Positions 36,620 to 44,983 of a stretch of DNA of 62,711 bases are shown here, piece by piece; within the stretch, counting starts at the first letter, position 1, and each line of letters begins with the position of its first letter. This DNA is from Tissierellales bacterium (GTDB lineage: Bacteria; Bacillota; Clostridia; Tissierellales; JASKZW01). The stretch is from the NCBI GenBank assembly GCA_030152145.1, contig JASLIL010000112.1, forward strand, positions 1 to 62,711. Reading direction: 5' to 3'. The translations under genes were made by a program, and so were the position numbers. A model generated the notes under the pieces. That model saw nothing but the letters and a program-made list of their open reading frames with translations. It searched no databases and was not told the origin of the DNA.

Positions 36620-36648
36620 AAATCTTTATAAAGAATTTATAAAGATTT
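36620..36648. promoter_or_regulatory. perfect 13-bp palindrome in the divergent traX / SIMPL intergenic region
   Basis: AAATCTTTATAAA-GAA-TTTATAAAGATTT. Confidence 0.5.
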
Positions 36649-36721
36649 AAAAAGATATTGGAGTTCTAAATTTAAAATAGGGGGTAAATATAGGATAAGT
36701 AAAAAACAAGGAGGGATGGTT

Positions 36722-37420
36722 TTGAAAAAGTTAGCGATCTTATTAAGCAGTTTGGTTTTTATGATCTTTTTTGCAAGTCCAGTTTCTGCAGAAGCTCTTA
36801 GTCCATCTATAAAGGTTAGGGGGGAGGGCCTGGTTAAGGTTAAGCCTGATAGGGCCTTTGTAAACTTTAGGATTGAGACCAGCGATAAAAGTCAAAGCCT
36901 TGTATTTGAGAAAAACACCAAGAAAGTAGAGGCCCTATTAAAGGCCCTTAAGGATTTTGGCCTTAAGGAGGAGCACCTGGTTAAGGAGGCTACTAGAGTT
37001 TACCCTATATACAACTATGACAAGTCTGAAAAGCTAGAAGGCTATAGGGCCTATAACAGCATAGGTGTTAAGCTGAAGGATCTGGAAAAATTAGGAAAAC
37101 TCCTGTCCCTAGGTATAAAGGCTGGAGCTGATGGCCTTGATTCAGTGGAGTATTCCTACTCAAAAATCGATGAGATCTATAGGCAGGCCCTGGAAAAGGC
37201 CTTTAAGGACGGTAGTTCCAAGGCAGAATTTTTAGGAAAGCTTAGTGGCAGAAATATAAAATCCCTAGGATCTATGGCAGAAATCCTAGACTACAATCCA
37301 TATGTCTATGAGGAGGCCTTAAATATGGATCTAAGCAAGGAAGAGGAAGGCAGCTATTTTCAACCCAGCCCAAAAGATATAGAAGTAAGGGCTAGGCTGG
37401 ACATGGAATTCCTTTATTAA
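36722..37420 (+). CDS. SIMPL (DUF541) domain protein, secreted
   Basis: I prefer TTG 36722, 7 nt after GGAGG. ATG 36716 is only 1 nt after it. Signal peptide KKLAILLSSLVFMIFFASPVSA. VRGEGLVKVKPDRAFVNFRIET is typical of SIMPL. Confidence 0.75.
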   Translation: MKKLAILLSSLVFMIFFASPVSAEALSPSIKVRGEGLVKVKPDRAFVNFRIETSDKSQSLVFEKNTKKVEALLKALKDFGLKEEHLVKEATRVYPIYNYDKSEKLEGYRAYNSIGVKLKDLEKLGKLLSLGIKAGADGLDSVEYSYSKIDEIYRQALEKAFKDGSSKAEFLGKLSGRNIKSLGSMAEILDYNPYVYEEALNMDLSKEEEGSYFQPSPKDIEVRARLDMEFLY

Positions 37421-37435
37421 AACTATAGGGCTTGA

Positions 37436-37466
37436 AATCACCTGGAAGGATCCAGGTGATTTTTTT
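37436..37466 (+). terminator. Rho-independent terminator
   Basis: AATCACCTGGA-AGGA-TCCAGGTGATT followed by TTTTT. Confidence 0.85.
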
Positions 37467-37749
37467 AGGAGAATTTAGGGTTGGAGAAAAAAGATATGAA
37501 TACTTATACAGAAAAAGGCCCTGGAATTTCTGGGATTATTTATTAAATTGAAGTTTTTAAAGTCGACTTATTCAAATAGCAGCCGGAATCTTGAATTTAG
37601 GGCTTAAAAGTGCCATAATATGCATAAGCTAATATAAATTATTCATGGAAAAATCCACCATTTTCACTTTCTACAAATAAATATTAGGAGGGGGAGGAGA
37701 AGGGTTTTTAAGCCATAGGTAAATGGGATAAATTTTGTCTAAAAACCTG

Positions 37750-37778
37750 TTGACAAAGTGTAAATATAAGCATATGGT
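37750..37778 (+). promoter_or_regulatory. candidate promoter of trkAH
   Basis: TTGACA (37750-37755), 17 nt, TATGGT (37773-37778). Confidence 0.4.
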
Positions 37779-37833
37779 ATAAGCCATGAGTATTTTTTGA
37801 AGAGGAAAATAAAGAGTAAATAGAGGTGATTAA

Positions 37834-39240
37834 ATGAAGGTACTGGTAGTAGGTGCTGGTAAACTAGGTTACAAATTAGCTGAGGCTATGGTGGCAGAGA
37901 ATATAGATGTTACCCTAATGGATAATAATCCAAAGGTTTTAGAAAATATAAATGAGCATATGGACTTACTTACAGTTGAGGCTACAGGAATAGATATTAG
38001 GGCCCTTAAGGAAATTGGCATAGGGGACTATGATCTTTTAGTTGCCTCTACAGATAATGATGAGACTAATACAGTTATATGTTCCCTAGGAAAGAAGTTA
38101 GGTTGCACTAGCACCATAGCTAGAATAAGAAATCCAGAATATATGGAACAACTAGACTTTATTAAGGCAGAAATGGGAATAGACTTTATAATAAATCCAG
38201 ACTTGGCCACAGCCTATGCTATGGAAAAGTATTTATTAAAGAGCTATTCTTTTTATTTTGGAGAATTTGCCAGTGGCAAGGTACAGGTTATAGATTTTAA
38301 TATTGGCCATGATGAGGACATAGTAGGTAAGGAGTTAAGGGAGTTAGAAGGTTTTGATAATCTTTTAATAGCTGCCATATCAACAGATGAGGGGATAATA
38401 ATCCCTAATGGTTCTACTAGGTTAAAGGTCAATGATGTTATTCACATTATAGGTAAGAGCAGGGACATAGAAAAGCTAAGCCTTGACTATGGCTTTAATA
38501 CTGTAGATAAGAAGATAGAGGATGTAATGATCCTTGGAGGTAGTAATATAGGCTACTATCTTGCGAAGAGTTTGGCCAAGCAGGGAATAAATGTAAAGTT
38601 AATTGAGAAGAAGAGGGAGAAGGCAGAACTTCTTTCAGATATGCTAGATGATGTCTTGGTTATCCATGGAGATGGGACGGATATAAATCTCTTGGAGGAA
38701 GAGGAGATCGGTAGGATGGATGCCTTTGTAGGAGCTACAGGCTTTGACGAGATGAATCTTCTAATGGCCTTGATGGCCAAGCAATCTGGAGTTACCAAGT
38801 CCATATCCAAGGTCAGCAGGCCCAACTACAATAAGGTTATAGATAGGTTGGATATAGATGCAGCCCTTAACCCAGTTTATATAACAGCCAGCAATATTCT
38901 TAAGTTTATAAGGGGAGGGAAGGTAGTTTCAGTTTCCCTACTTTTAGGGGGAGATGCTGAGGTTACAGAGATCATAGTCCACGAGGAGTCACCTTTTTTA
39001 AATATACCTCTAGTAGATATAGATATACCTGAGGGAGTTATTATAGGTGCCATACTTAGGAATGGCAAGGTTATAATCCCTAAGGGACAGGATGAAATAA
39101 AGGCAGATGATAGATTGGTGGTCTTTACCCTGGCTGAAGATGCAGACAGTATAAACCAATTTATAAAGCCACATAAGGGAGGGATCTTAAGTGAATTATG
39201 GAATCGTGCTAAAGGTATTGGGCATCATCCTCATAATTGA
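37834..39240 (+). CDS. trkA: Trk potassium uptake system NAD-binding protein TrkA
   Basis: Two Rossmann motifs (VVGAGKLG, ILGGSNIG), each followed by a TrkA-C-like domain. Confidence 0.85.
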   Translation: MKVLVVGAGKLGYKLAEAMVAENIDVTLMDNNPKVLENINEHMDLLTVEATGIDIRALKEIGIGDYDLLVASTDNDETNTVICSLGKKLGCTSTIARIRNPEYMEQLDFIKAEMGIDFIINPDLATAYAMEKYLLKSYSFYFGEFASGKVQVIDFNIGHDEDIVGKELRELEGFDNLLIAAISTDEGIIIPNGSTRLKVNDVIHIIGKSRDIEKLSLDYGFNTVDKKIEDVMILGGSNIGYYLAKSLAKQGINVKLIEKKREKAELLSDMLDDVLVIHGDGTDINLLEEEEIGRMDAFVGATGFDEMNLLMALMAKQSGVTKSISKVSRPNYNKVIDRLDIDAALNPVYITASNILKFIRGGKVVSVSLLLGGDAEVTEIIVHEESPFLNIPLVDIDIPEGVIIGAILRNGKVIIPKGQDEIKADDRLVVFTLAEDADSINQFIKPHKGGILSELWNRAKGIGHHPHN

Positions 39241-40639
39241 GGCTAGCCTAATGCTGCCATCATTTTTTATCTCCTATTTTACAGGAGGAGGGGATCTTAG
39301 AGCCTTTGGTCTGACTATCCTACTTGCCTTTGTGGTGGGTTTTTTACTTTCAAAGAAGAAACACAAGAACCATATAAGCCCTAGAGAGGGTTTGGCCATA
39401 GTTAGTCTAAGCTGGATCTTGGCATCTGCAGTAGGTGCCCTGCCCCTTTATCTTTCTAAGTCTGTGCCAAGTTTTATAGATGGTTTTTTTGAGATAGTTT
39501 CAGGTTTTACTACAACAGGAGCTACAGTTATATCAAATGTAGAGGAACTTCCCCAGGGGATTTTATTTTGGAGATCCTTTACCCACTGGATTGGGGGTAT
39601 GGGGATTTTAGTCTTTACAGTAGCTCTTATGCCAGCCTTGGGTATAGGAGGCTTTCAGATATTTAAGGCCGAGTCTCCTGGACCAGTAGCAGGTAAGATT
39701 GCTCCCAAGATCAAGGATACAGCCAAGATCCTATACGGGACTTACTTTACCATTACAATAGTTCAGATTATTTTATTGCTTTTTGGGGGCATGAATCTTT
39801 TTGATTCCCTGGTTTATACTTTTGGAACTGTAGGTACTGGTGGTTTTGCAACCAAGGCCAATAGTGTAGGCTACTATGAAAGCAGCTATATCCAAATGGT
39901 AATAGCCATCTTTATGGTTATGTCTGGTGTAAACTTTTCCCTTTACTATGGCCTGTCAAAGGGTAAGGTCAAGGAATTTTTTAAGGATGAGGAGCTAAGA
40001 CTCTACCTAATAATAGTAGGTCTTGCTACACTGGCTATAAGCTTAAACCTTCTGGCTACTTCCTACACCAGTCTTAGGGGAGCCTTTAAGGATTCTTTTT
40101 TCCAGGTTGGTTCTATTATAACCACTACTGGATACTCAACTGTTGACTTTGACTTGTGGCCAAGCTTTAGTAAGGGAATTCTTCTCCTACTTATGTTTAT
40201 AGGAGGAAGTGCAGGCTCAACAGCAGGAGGACTTAAGGTTATAAGGATTTTGATTCTCCTAAAGCTTATAAAGAAAGAAATAGCTAAGATCTTCCATCCT
40301 AGGGCTATAGTTCCTATAAAGGTTAATGGAAAAACTGTATCAAGTGATGTAATTTCAAGTATAGGTAGCTTTATGGCCCTTTACTTTCTAATATTTACCC
40401 TGTCCACTCTTTTAGTAAGTTTACAGGGTGTAGACCTAGAGTCTGCTATTAGTTCTGTAGCAGCAACTCTTAGCAATATAGGACCTGGTTTTGGATTTGC
40501 TGGGCCTAGCAGAGGTTTTTGGGACTATTGCCAGCCCCTAAAACTTTTATTCTCCTTTTTAATGTTGGCAGGTAGGCTGGAACTTTTTACACTTTTAGCC
40601 CTTTTAATGCCAAAGACCTGGAGAAAAGACAGTATTTAA
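39191..40639 (+). CDS. trkH: Trk/Ktr potassium transporter membrane subunit TrkH
   Basis: GTG 39191 after AAGGGAGGGA. The N-terminus MNYGIVLKVLGIILIIEA is typical of TrkH. Repeated pore-loop motifs (TTTGAT, GTGGF, TTTGYS, STAGG). Overlaps the 3' end of trkA by 50 nt. Confidence 0.85.
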   Translation: MNYGIVLKVLGIILIIEASLMLPSFFISYFTGGGDLRAFGLTILLAFVVGFLLSKKKHKNHISPREGLAIVSLSWILASAVGALPLYLSKSVPSFIDGFFEIVSGFTTTGATVISNVEELPQGILFWRSFTHWIGGMGILVFTVALMPALGIGGFQIFKAESPGPVAGKIAPKIKDTAKILYGTYFTITIVQIILLLFGGMNLFDSLVYTFGTVGTGGFATKANSVGYYESSYIQMVIAIFMVMSGVNFSLYYGLSKGKVKEFFKDEELRLYLIIVGLATLAISLNLLATSYTSLRGAFKDSFFQVGSIITTTGYSTVDFDLWPSFSKGILLLLMFIGGSAGSTAGGLKVIRILILLKLIKKEIAKIFHPRAIVPIKVNGKTVSSDVISSIGSFMALYFLIFTLSTLLVSLQGVDLESAISSVAATLSNIGPGFGFAGPSRGFWDYCQPLKLLFSFLMLAGRLELFTLLALLMPKTWRKDSI

Positions 40640-40644
40640 ATAAA

Positions 40645-40678
40645 GGCCATCTAAGCTATAGCTTAGATGGTCTTTATT
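40645..40678 (+). terminator. Rho-independent terminator
   Basis: CCATCTAAGC-TATA-GCTTAGATGG, then TCTTTATT. Confidence 0.75.
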
Positions 40679-40781
40679 ACTAGAGATTCTTAATATATTC
40701 TAAAGTCTATTCTAAAGGCCTATATTTTTTCTCCTAAATTACATATAATAAGAGTATAGCCAGAATAAAAGGAGTTGTGTT

Positions 40782-41570
40782 ATGAATATATTTCAGAGGT
40801 TTTACGGAAAGTTTTTATTCGTTTTGGGAAAGATAGTATCGGGACTTTTAACTGGCCTGATAAAGATTACAGACATTTTGGTTCATGTTCTTGGAAGCCT
40901 AGGGAGAAATTTGTTTGTAGGGTTAGGTATGGGAGGATGTTTAGTCCTTTTTCTAGTGATGGGACCTTTGTCCTGGATCCTGCTCTTAAATCCAGTGGTT
41001 TTTCCAGTTGTAATCCTTTTAATCTTCCTATTTGTAGTAGTGCCTATAGTAGGCAAGAAGCTAGTGTCCTACTTGGAGTATGTTCACTACGGAGCTACAG
41101 AGTTTATCTTTGATAGGGCAAAATACTTTACCACAGGTGTAAACGCAAAGTATAGATCCTATGGTGAGTACAAGAATCACTACAGACGCCTGGAAGAAGA
41201 GATGAGAAGGCGAGAGGAAGAAAGGCAGAGAGAGGAAAGTGCCAGACAGTGGGAGGAAGTTTTCCGCCAATTCTACCAACAATATAGGGGTCAAGAATCT
41301 GGTCAGTATGACTATGGTGGCTATAGGCAAAGTCCTTATGGAGGACCTATAGATGATTTTAAGGCCCAGTATGAGGGAGCTTGTGATCTTCTTGGAGTGG
41401 ACTACGGGGCAGATGAGTATGAAATCAAGTTGGCCTATAGGAAAAAGGCCAAGGAGTACCATCCAGACTTAAATAAAAGTGATAATGCAACAGAGATGTT
41501 TCAGAAGATAAATGCAGCCTATGAGTTTTTAAATGACAAGAATATAGAGAGATATAGGTCAATGAATTAG
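40782..41570 (+). CDS. membrane-anchored J-domain protein
   Basis: N-terminal TM segments, a charged R/E-rich linker, and a C-terminal J domain with HPD (YEIKLAYRKKAKEYHPDLNKSDNATEMFQKINAAYEFL). Confidence 0.8.
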   Translation: MNIFQRFYGKFLFVLGKIVSGLLTGLIKITDILVHVLGSLGRNLFVGLGMGGCLVLFLVMGPLSWILLLNPVVFPVVILLIFLFVVVPIVGKKLVSYLEYVHYGATEFIFDRAKYFTTGVNAKYRSYGEYKNHYRRLEEEMRRREEERQREESARQWEEVFRQFYQQYRGQESGQYDYGGYRQSPYGGPIDDFKAQYEGACDLLGVDYGADEYEIKLAYRKKAKEYHPDLNKSDNATEMFQKINAAYEFLNDKNIERYRSMN

Positions 41571-41581
41571 GAGATGATCAG

Positions 41582-41974
41582 ATGAATTGGCTAAAAAAAC
41601 AGATGATGGGAAGCTATGGTTCAGACAATCTTTCAAGGGAACTGACAGTCCTAGCCCTCATCCTATCTATAGTGAATATGAAGTTTAGATCAAGGTTTTT
41701 ATCAGCCCTGGTTTTGGGGATTTTTATGATGGTTATATTCAGAACTTTTTCCAAGAATATAGCTAGGCGTCAGCTGGAGAATTCCAAGTACCTTAGCTTC
41801 ACCTATCCTATAAGGCTGAAGTTTTCCAGGCTTAAAAATAGGTGGGCCAATAGAAAGGACTACAAGTACTTTAAGTGCAAAAATTGCAGGAAGGACCTAA
41901 GAGTGCCTAGGGGCAAGGGAACCTTGGAAGTAACCTGTCCCCACTGCAAGAAGAAGATGATTAAGAAGTCATAG
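41582..41974 (+). CDS. membrane protein with a C-terminal zinc ribbon
   Basis: Two TM helices, then CKNC...(17 aa)...CPHC. 11-nt gap after the J-domain gene. Confidence 0.55.
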   Translation: MNWLKKQMMGSYGSDNLSRELTVLALILSIVNMKFRSRFLSALVLGIFMMVIFRTFSKNIARRQLENSKYLSFTYPIRLKFSRLKNRWANRKDYKYFKCKNCRKDLRVPRGKGTLEVTCPHCKKKMIKKS

Positions 41975-42015
41975 TTTAGGAATATAACTTATCTTTAGAT
42001 CTGAGAGGTGATATT

Positions 42016-42564
42016 TTGAAGAAGGATTTTATTGAAAAAATAGATCTGTCACTAGGCTTGGGTATTACCATAGGCATGGCTATTATTATAGCTGTCCTAA
42101 TAAATACTTTTTTATTTGATATGACCATAGTTAAGGGTGAGTCTATGACTCCTACCTTAAACAGTGGAGACAAGCTTATTCTCAACAAATTGGAAAAAAG
42201 CCTAGCAAGCTATGAATATCACAGGGGAGACATAGTGGTCTTCTCCTCTCCAATAGACAAGGATAAGCTTCTAATAAAAAGAGTTGTTGCCCTAGAAGGT
42301 GACCTGGTCAGAATAGAGGATGGCTTGGTGGCTATAAATGGTAGGCTTTTAGAGGAAAATTATATAAGGGATAAGGCCTATACAGAACAGATCCTTATGA
42401 TCCAGGACTATCAGGTGCCAGATGGAGAACTATATGTCCTTGGAGATAACAGAAATCCCAAAGGAAGTACAGACAGTAGATTTTTTGGAGGAGTTCCCCT
42501 AGAGAATATAAGAGGAAAGGTTATCTTTAGGGTATCGCCCCTAAGAGATCTTAGGAGATTTTAA
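42016..42564 (+). CDS. lepB: signal peptidase I
   Basis: TTG start after GAGGTGA. Catalytic Ser motif GESMTPTL, Lys box LIKRVVALEGD, GDNRNPKGSTDSR. Confidence 0.9.
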   Translation: MKKDFIEKIDLSLGLGITIGMAIIIAVLINTFLFDMTIVKGESMTPTLNSGDKLILNKLEKSLASYEYHRGDIVVFSSPIDKDKLLIKRVVALEGDLVRIEDGLVAINGRLLEENYIRDKAYTEQILMIQDYQVPDGELYVLGDNRNPKGSTDSRFFGGVPLENIRGKVIFRVSPLRDLRRF

Positions 42565-42570
42565 AAGATA

Positions 42571-42599
42571 AAAGCCCTAGTTGGGGCTTTTATTTTTTA
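42571..42599 (+). terminator. Rho-independent terminator
   Basis: AAAGCCC...GGGGCTTT hairpin followed by TATTTTTT. Confidence 0.7.
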
Positions 42600-42781
42600 T
42601 ACTTAAATTGAGAGCTAATATATTTTTTATTAGTTTATAGTTTTATTTATGTTATTTAATATTTTATTTATTTAATAATTGAGTTTATAAATACTATGTT
42701 TTCAAGTTACAAAAATATTAATCGAGGCAAGCCCTATTTTAAATTTTATATATTTCATTAAATATAGAGTAAAATTATGTA

Positions 42782-42811
42782 TAGGGAAATAGGTCTAGAC
42801 CTATTTCCCTA
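42782..42811. terminator. palindromic hairpin downstream of the minus-strand membrane-protein gene
   Basis: TAGGGAAATAGGTC-TA-GACCTATTTCCCTA, 14-bp arms. Confidence 0.55.
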
Positions 42812-42831
42812 ACTTAAATTAAAAGGAGAAT

Positions 42832-43854
42832 CTATCTATTTAAAAACTCAGCTCCCTTTATACCAGAGAAGCCAGTTATAAACAAAGCAATTAGAAGTCC
42901 TATAAAAAGATATAAGGAACTTTTAGCTCCTGTATCAGCAGCTTGATCTGCAGTCTCCCTTATTTCATCAGTTGCTTTTTCAACTTCTTGAGAAAGTTTA
43001 TCTATTTGAGTTTTAGTTTCATTTAAACTTTTGCTAATTTGTTGTGATGCCTTTTGATATTCATCATAAATATTATTAACTGCTACTTCAGCTTCTTCCT
43101 GGCTTAAATCAGTATTTTCTCCCACAGCATTAGCTATAGCTTCTTTATCGATAGCATTGGCTATAGTTTTTTCACGCTCTTCTATATTGTTTATAAGAGA
43201 TTTTAATTCTGATTTATAGTTATCAGGTTGCATAAGGATATTTTTAGCAGAACTTTCTAAATCTTTCTTAGTCTCATCAATTTGTCTACTTAAATAATCT
43301 GGCTGAAGCTCTTTCACTTCAGTATCTCTTAGGACATCTTTTATATTGGCTTGAAGTTGATTTGTATCAATATCAACAACATTTGCAGATAAAGAGCTTA
43401 TAGACTTATCTAAAGCTTCCCCAGACTTAGTTATTAAGGTACTAGTCCCTGATCCGATTCCTCCAGCTAAACTAGAGGCAGCATTACCAGCAACCCTAAA
43501 AGCTCCTCCTATAGTGTTAGTAACTAGGAAGGCAACTAAAATAAGTCCAGTAGCCCAAGTCATAAAACCATGAAGAAAGCCAGCTTTATTTGCAACTAGT
43601 CCAGATACAAAACCACCTGCTGCAAAAGAAATAACAAGAGCTATTATGGTCCAGATAGTAACATTTGTACCCACATGTCTTAAAGGATTGTCAGAAATAG
43701 GATTAAATGTAGTTAAACCTATACTGAATCCAATTAAAGAAAGAGTTAAAAATATTGCGATAAAAGTAAAAATACCAGCAACAACTCCGCTCCAAGTTAG
43801 TCTTTTTCCATCAATATCAGTACCACCAAAAAAATTATACTTCCAATTATTCAT
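42832..43854 (-). CDS. hypothetical membrane protein with a long coiled-coil region and a C-terminal TM anchor
   Basis: I prefer ATG 43854, 8 nt after AAAGGA. Four N-terminal TM helices, a Gly/Ser-rich hinge, ~170 aa of heptad-like polar helix, and a terminal TM segment LYLFIGLLIALFITGF. Confidence 0.5.
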   Translation of the reverse strand: MNNWKYNFFGGTDIDGKRLTWSGVVAGIFTFIAIFLTLSLIGFSIGLTTFNPISDNPLRHVGTNVTIWTIIALVISFAAGGFVSGLVANKAGFLHGFMTWATGLILVAFLVTNTIGGAFRVAGNAASSLAGGIGSGTSTLITKSGEALDKSISSLSANVVDIDTNQLQANIKDVLRDTEVKELQPDYLSRQIDETKKDLESSAKNILMQPDNYKSELKSLINNIEEREKTIANAIDKEAIANAVGENTDLSQEEAEVAVNNIYDEYQKASQQISKSLNETKTQIDKLSQEVEKATDEIRETADQAADTGAKSSLYLFIGLLIALFITGFSGIKGAEFLNR

Positions 43855-44247
43855 AAATCTCATCCTTTCTTAATTAAATTTTTATTATAAAGACTAATCA
43901 ATTACCTTATTAAATTATTAGTGGATTTTAAGCTAATTTTAATGGTTGGTTTGAATGGTTGATTTGAAGTGCTATATTTAATACATACCCTTCTTGATCT
44001 TGGTTTTAAACAATTATATTTAATCATGTGTAATTCACTAGGGTTTTATATAGTATTCTTGTAGAGGAATCCTTTCAGACTCTTCTATTACTAAATTGTA
44101 AGAGGTTTATTTATTCTTATTCAAAGATTTATAGAGGATATTATTAAAAATTATTTTATAATAAGAGTAATTTAATATAAGTAAGGTTAGAATATATTAA
44201 GTACTTAAGTTTAATTTAATACTATGTTTATATAGAGGAGGAAAAAA

Positions 44248-44931
44248 ATGAAAAAGATTTTTGAAAATGATTGGCAGAAACTATTGGAAGATGAAATGGA
44301 TAAAGACTACTATAAAGACTTAAGGGACTTCCTTTGTAAAGAATATAAGGAAAGAAAAATATTTCCAGGTCCCTATGATATATTTAATGCATTGCATGCT
44401 ACATCATACAAAGATACAAAATTACTAATACTAGGCCAAGATCCCTACCATGGGGAAGGCCAGGCCCACGGTTTTGCATTTTCTGTAGGAGAGGGTGTAA
44501 AAATACCGCCATCCCTTCAAAATATCTATAAGGAGTTAGAGTCTGATTTAGGCTTTAAGCCAGCCAATCATGGTAATTTAAGTAAGTGGGCTGAACAAGG
44601 AGTCCTACTCTTAAACACAGCCCTGACAGTTAGGGCCCATGAGGCCAACTCCCACAGAGGATATGGCTGGGAAATATTTACAGATCATATAATAAGACTC
44701 TTAAATAGCAAGGAAGAGCCTATGGTATTTATTCTTTGGGGGGCCAATGCCAGAAGCAAGAAAAAGTTCATAAAAAACCCTCTACACCTTATTATAGAAG
44801 CTCCCCATCCTAGTCCACTTTCAGCTTACAGGGGATTTTTTGGAAGTAAGCCTTTTTCTAGAAGCAATGACTTTCTAGTGTCTAAGGGTCTTGAGCCTAT
44901 AGACTGGGAAATTAAGGATATTAATCTATAA
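44248..44931 (+). CDS. ung: uracil-DNA glycosylase
   Basis: GQDPYH, GVLLLN and HPSPLSA motifs. Confidence 0.9.
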   Translation: MKKIFENDWQKLLEDEMDKDYYKDLRDFLCKEYKERKIFPGPYDIFNALHATSYKDTKLLILGQDPYHGEGQAHGFAFSVGEGVKIPPSLQNIYKELESDLGFKPANHGNLSKWAEQGVLLLNTALTVRAHEANSHRGYGWEIFTDHIIRLLNSKEEPMVFILWGANARSKKKFIKNPLHLIIEAPHPSPLSAYRGFFGSKPFSRSNDFLVSKGLEPIDWEIKDINL

Positions 44932-44983
44932 AAATATAGGTGAAATATATATATTTGGGTATTATGACTATGAGGTGAATTTA

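Noticed and set aside
37467-37750. Search for a c-di-AMP (ydaO-type) riboswitch upstream of trkAH.
   Set aside because: I could not find the conserved GGGGACCCA or ACGGGG...GAATC blocks on either strand. The region stays unexplained rather than assigned.
40775-41113. 112-aa ORF overlapping the 5' part of the J-domain gene in another frame.
   Set aside because: ATG 40782 of the J-domain frame has the AAAGGAG SD at the correct spacing. That frame gives coherent TM helices and a J domain. The alternative frame has no recognisable features.
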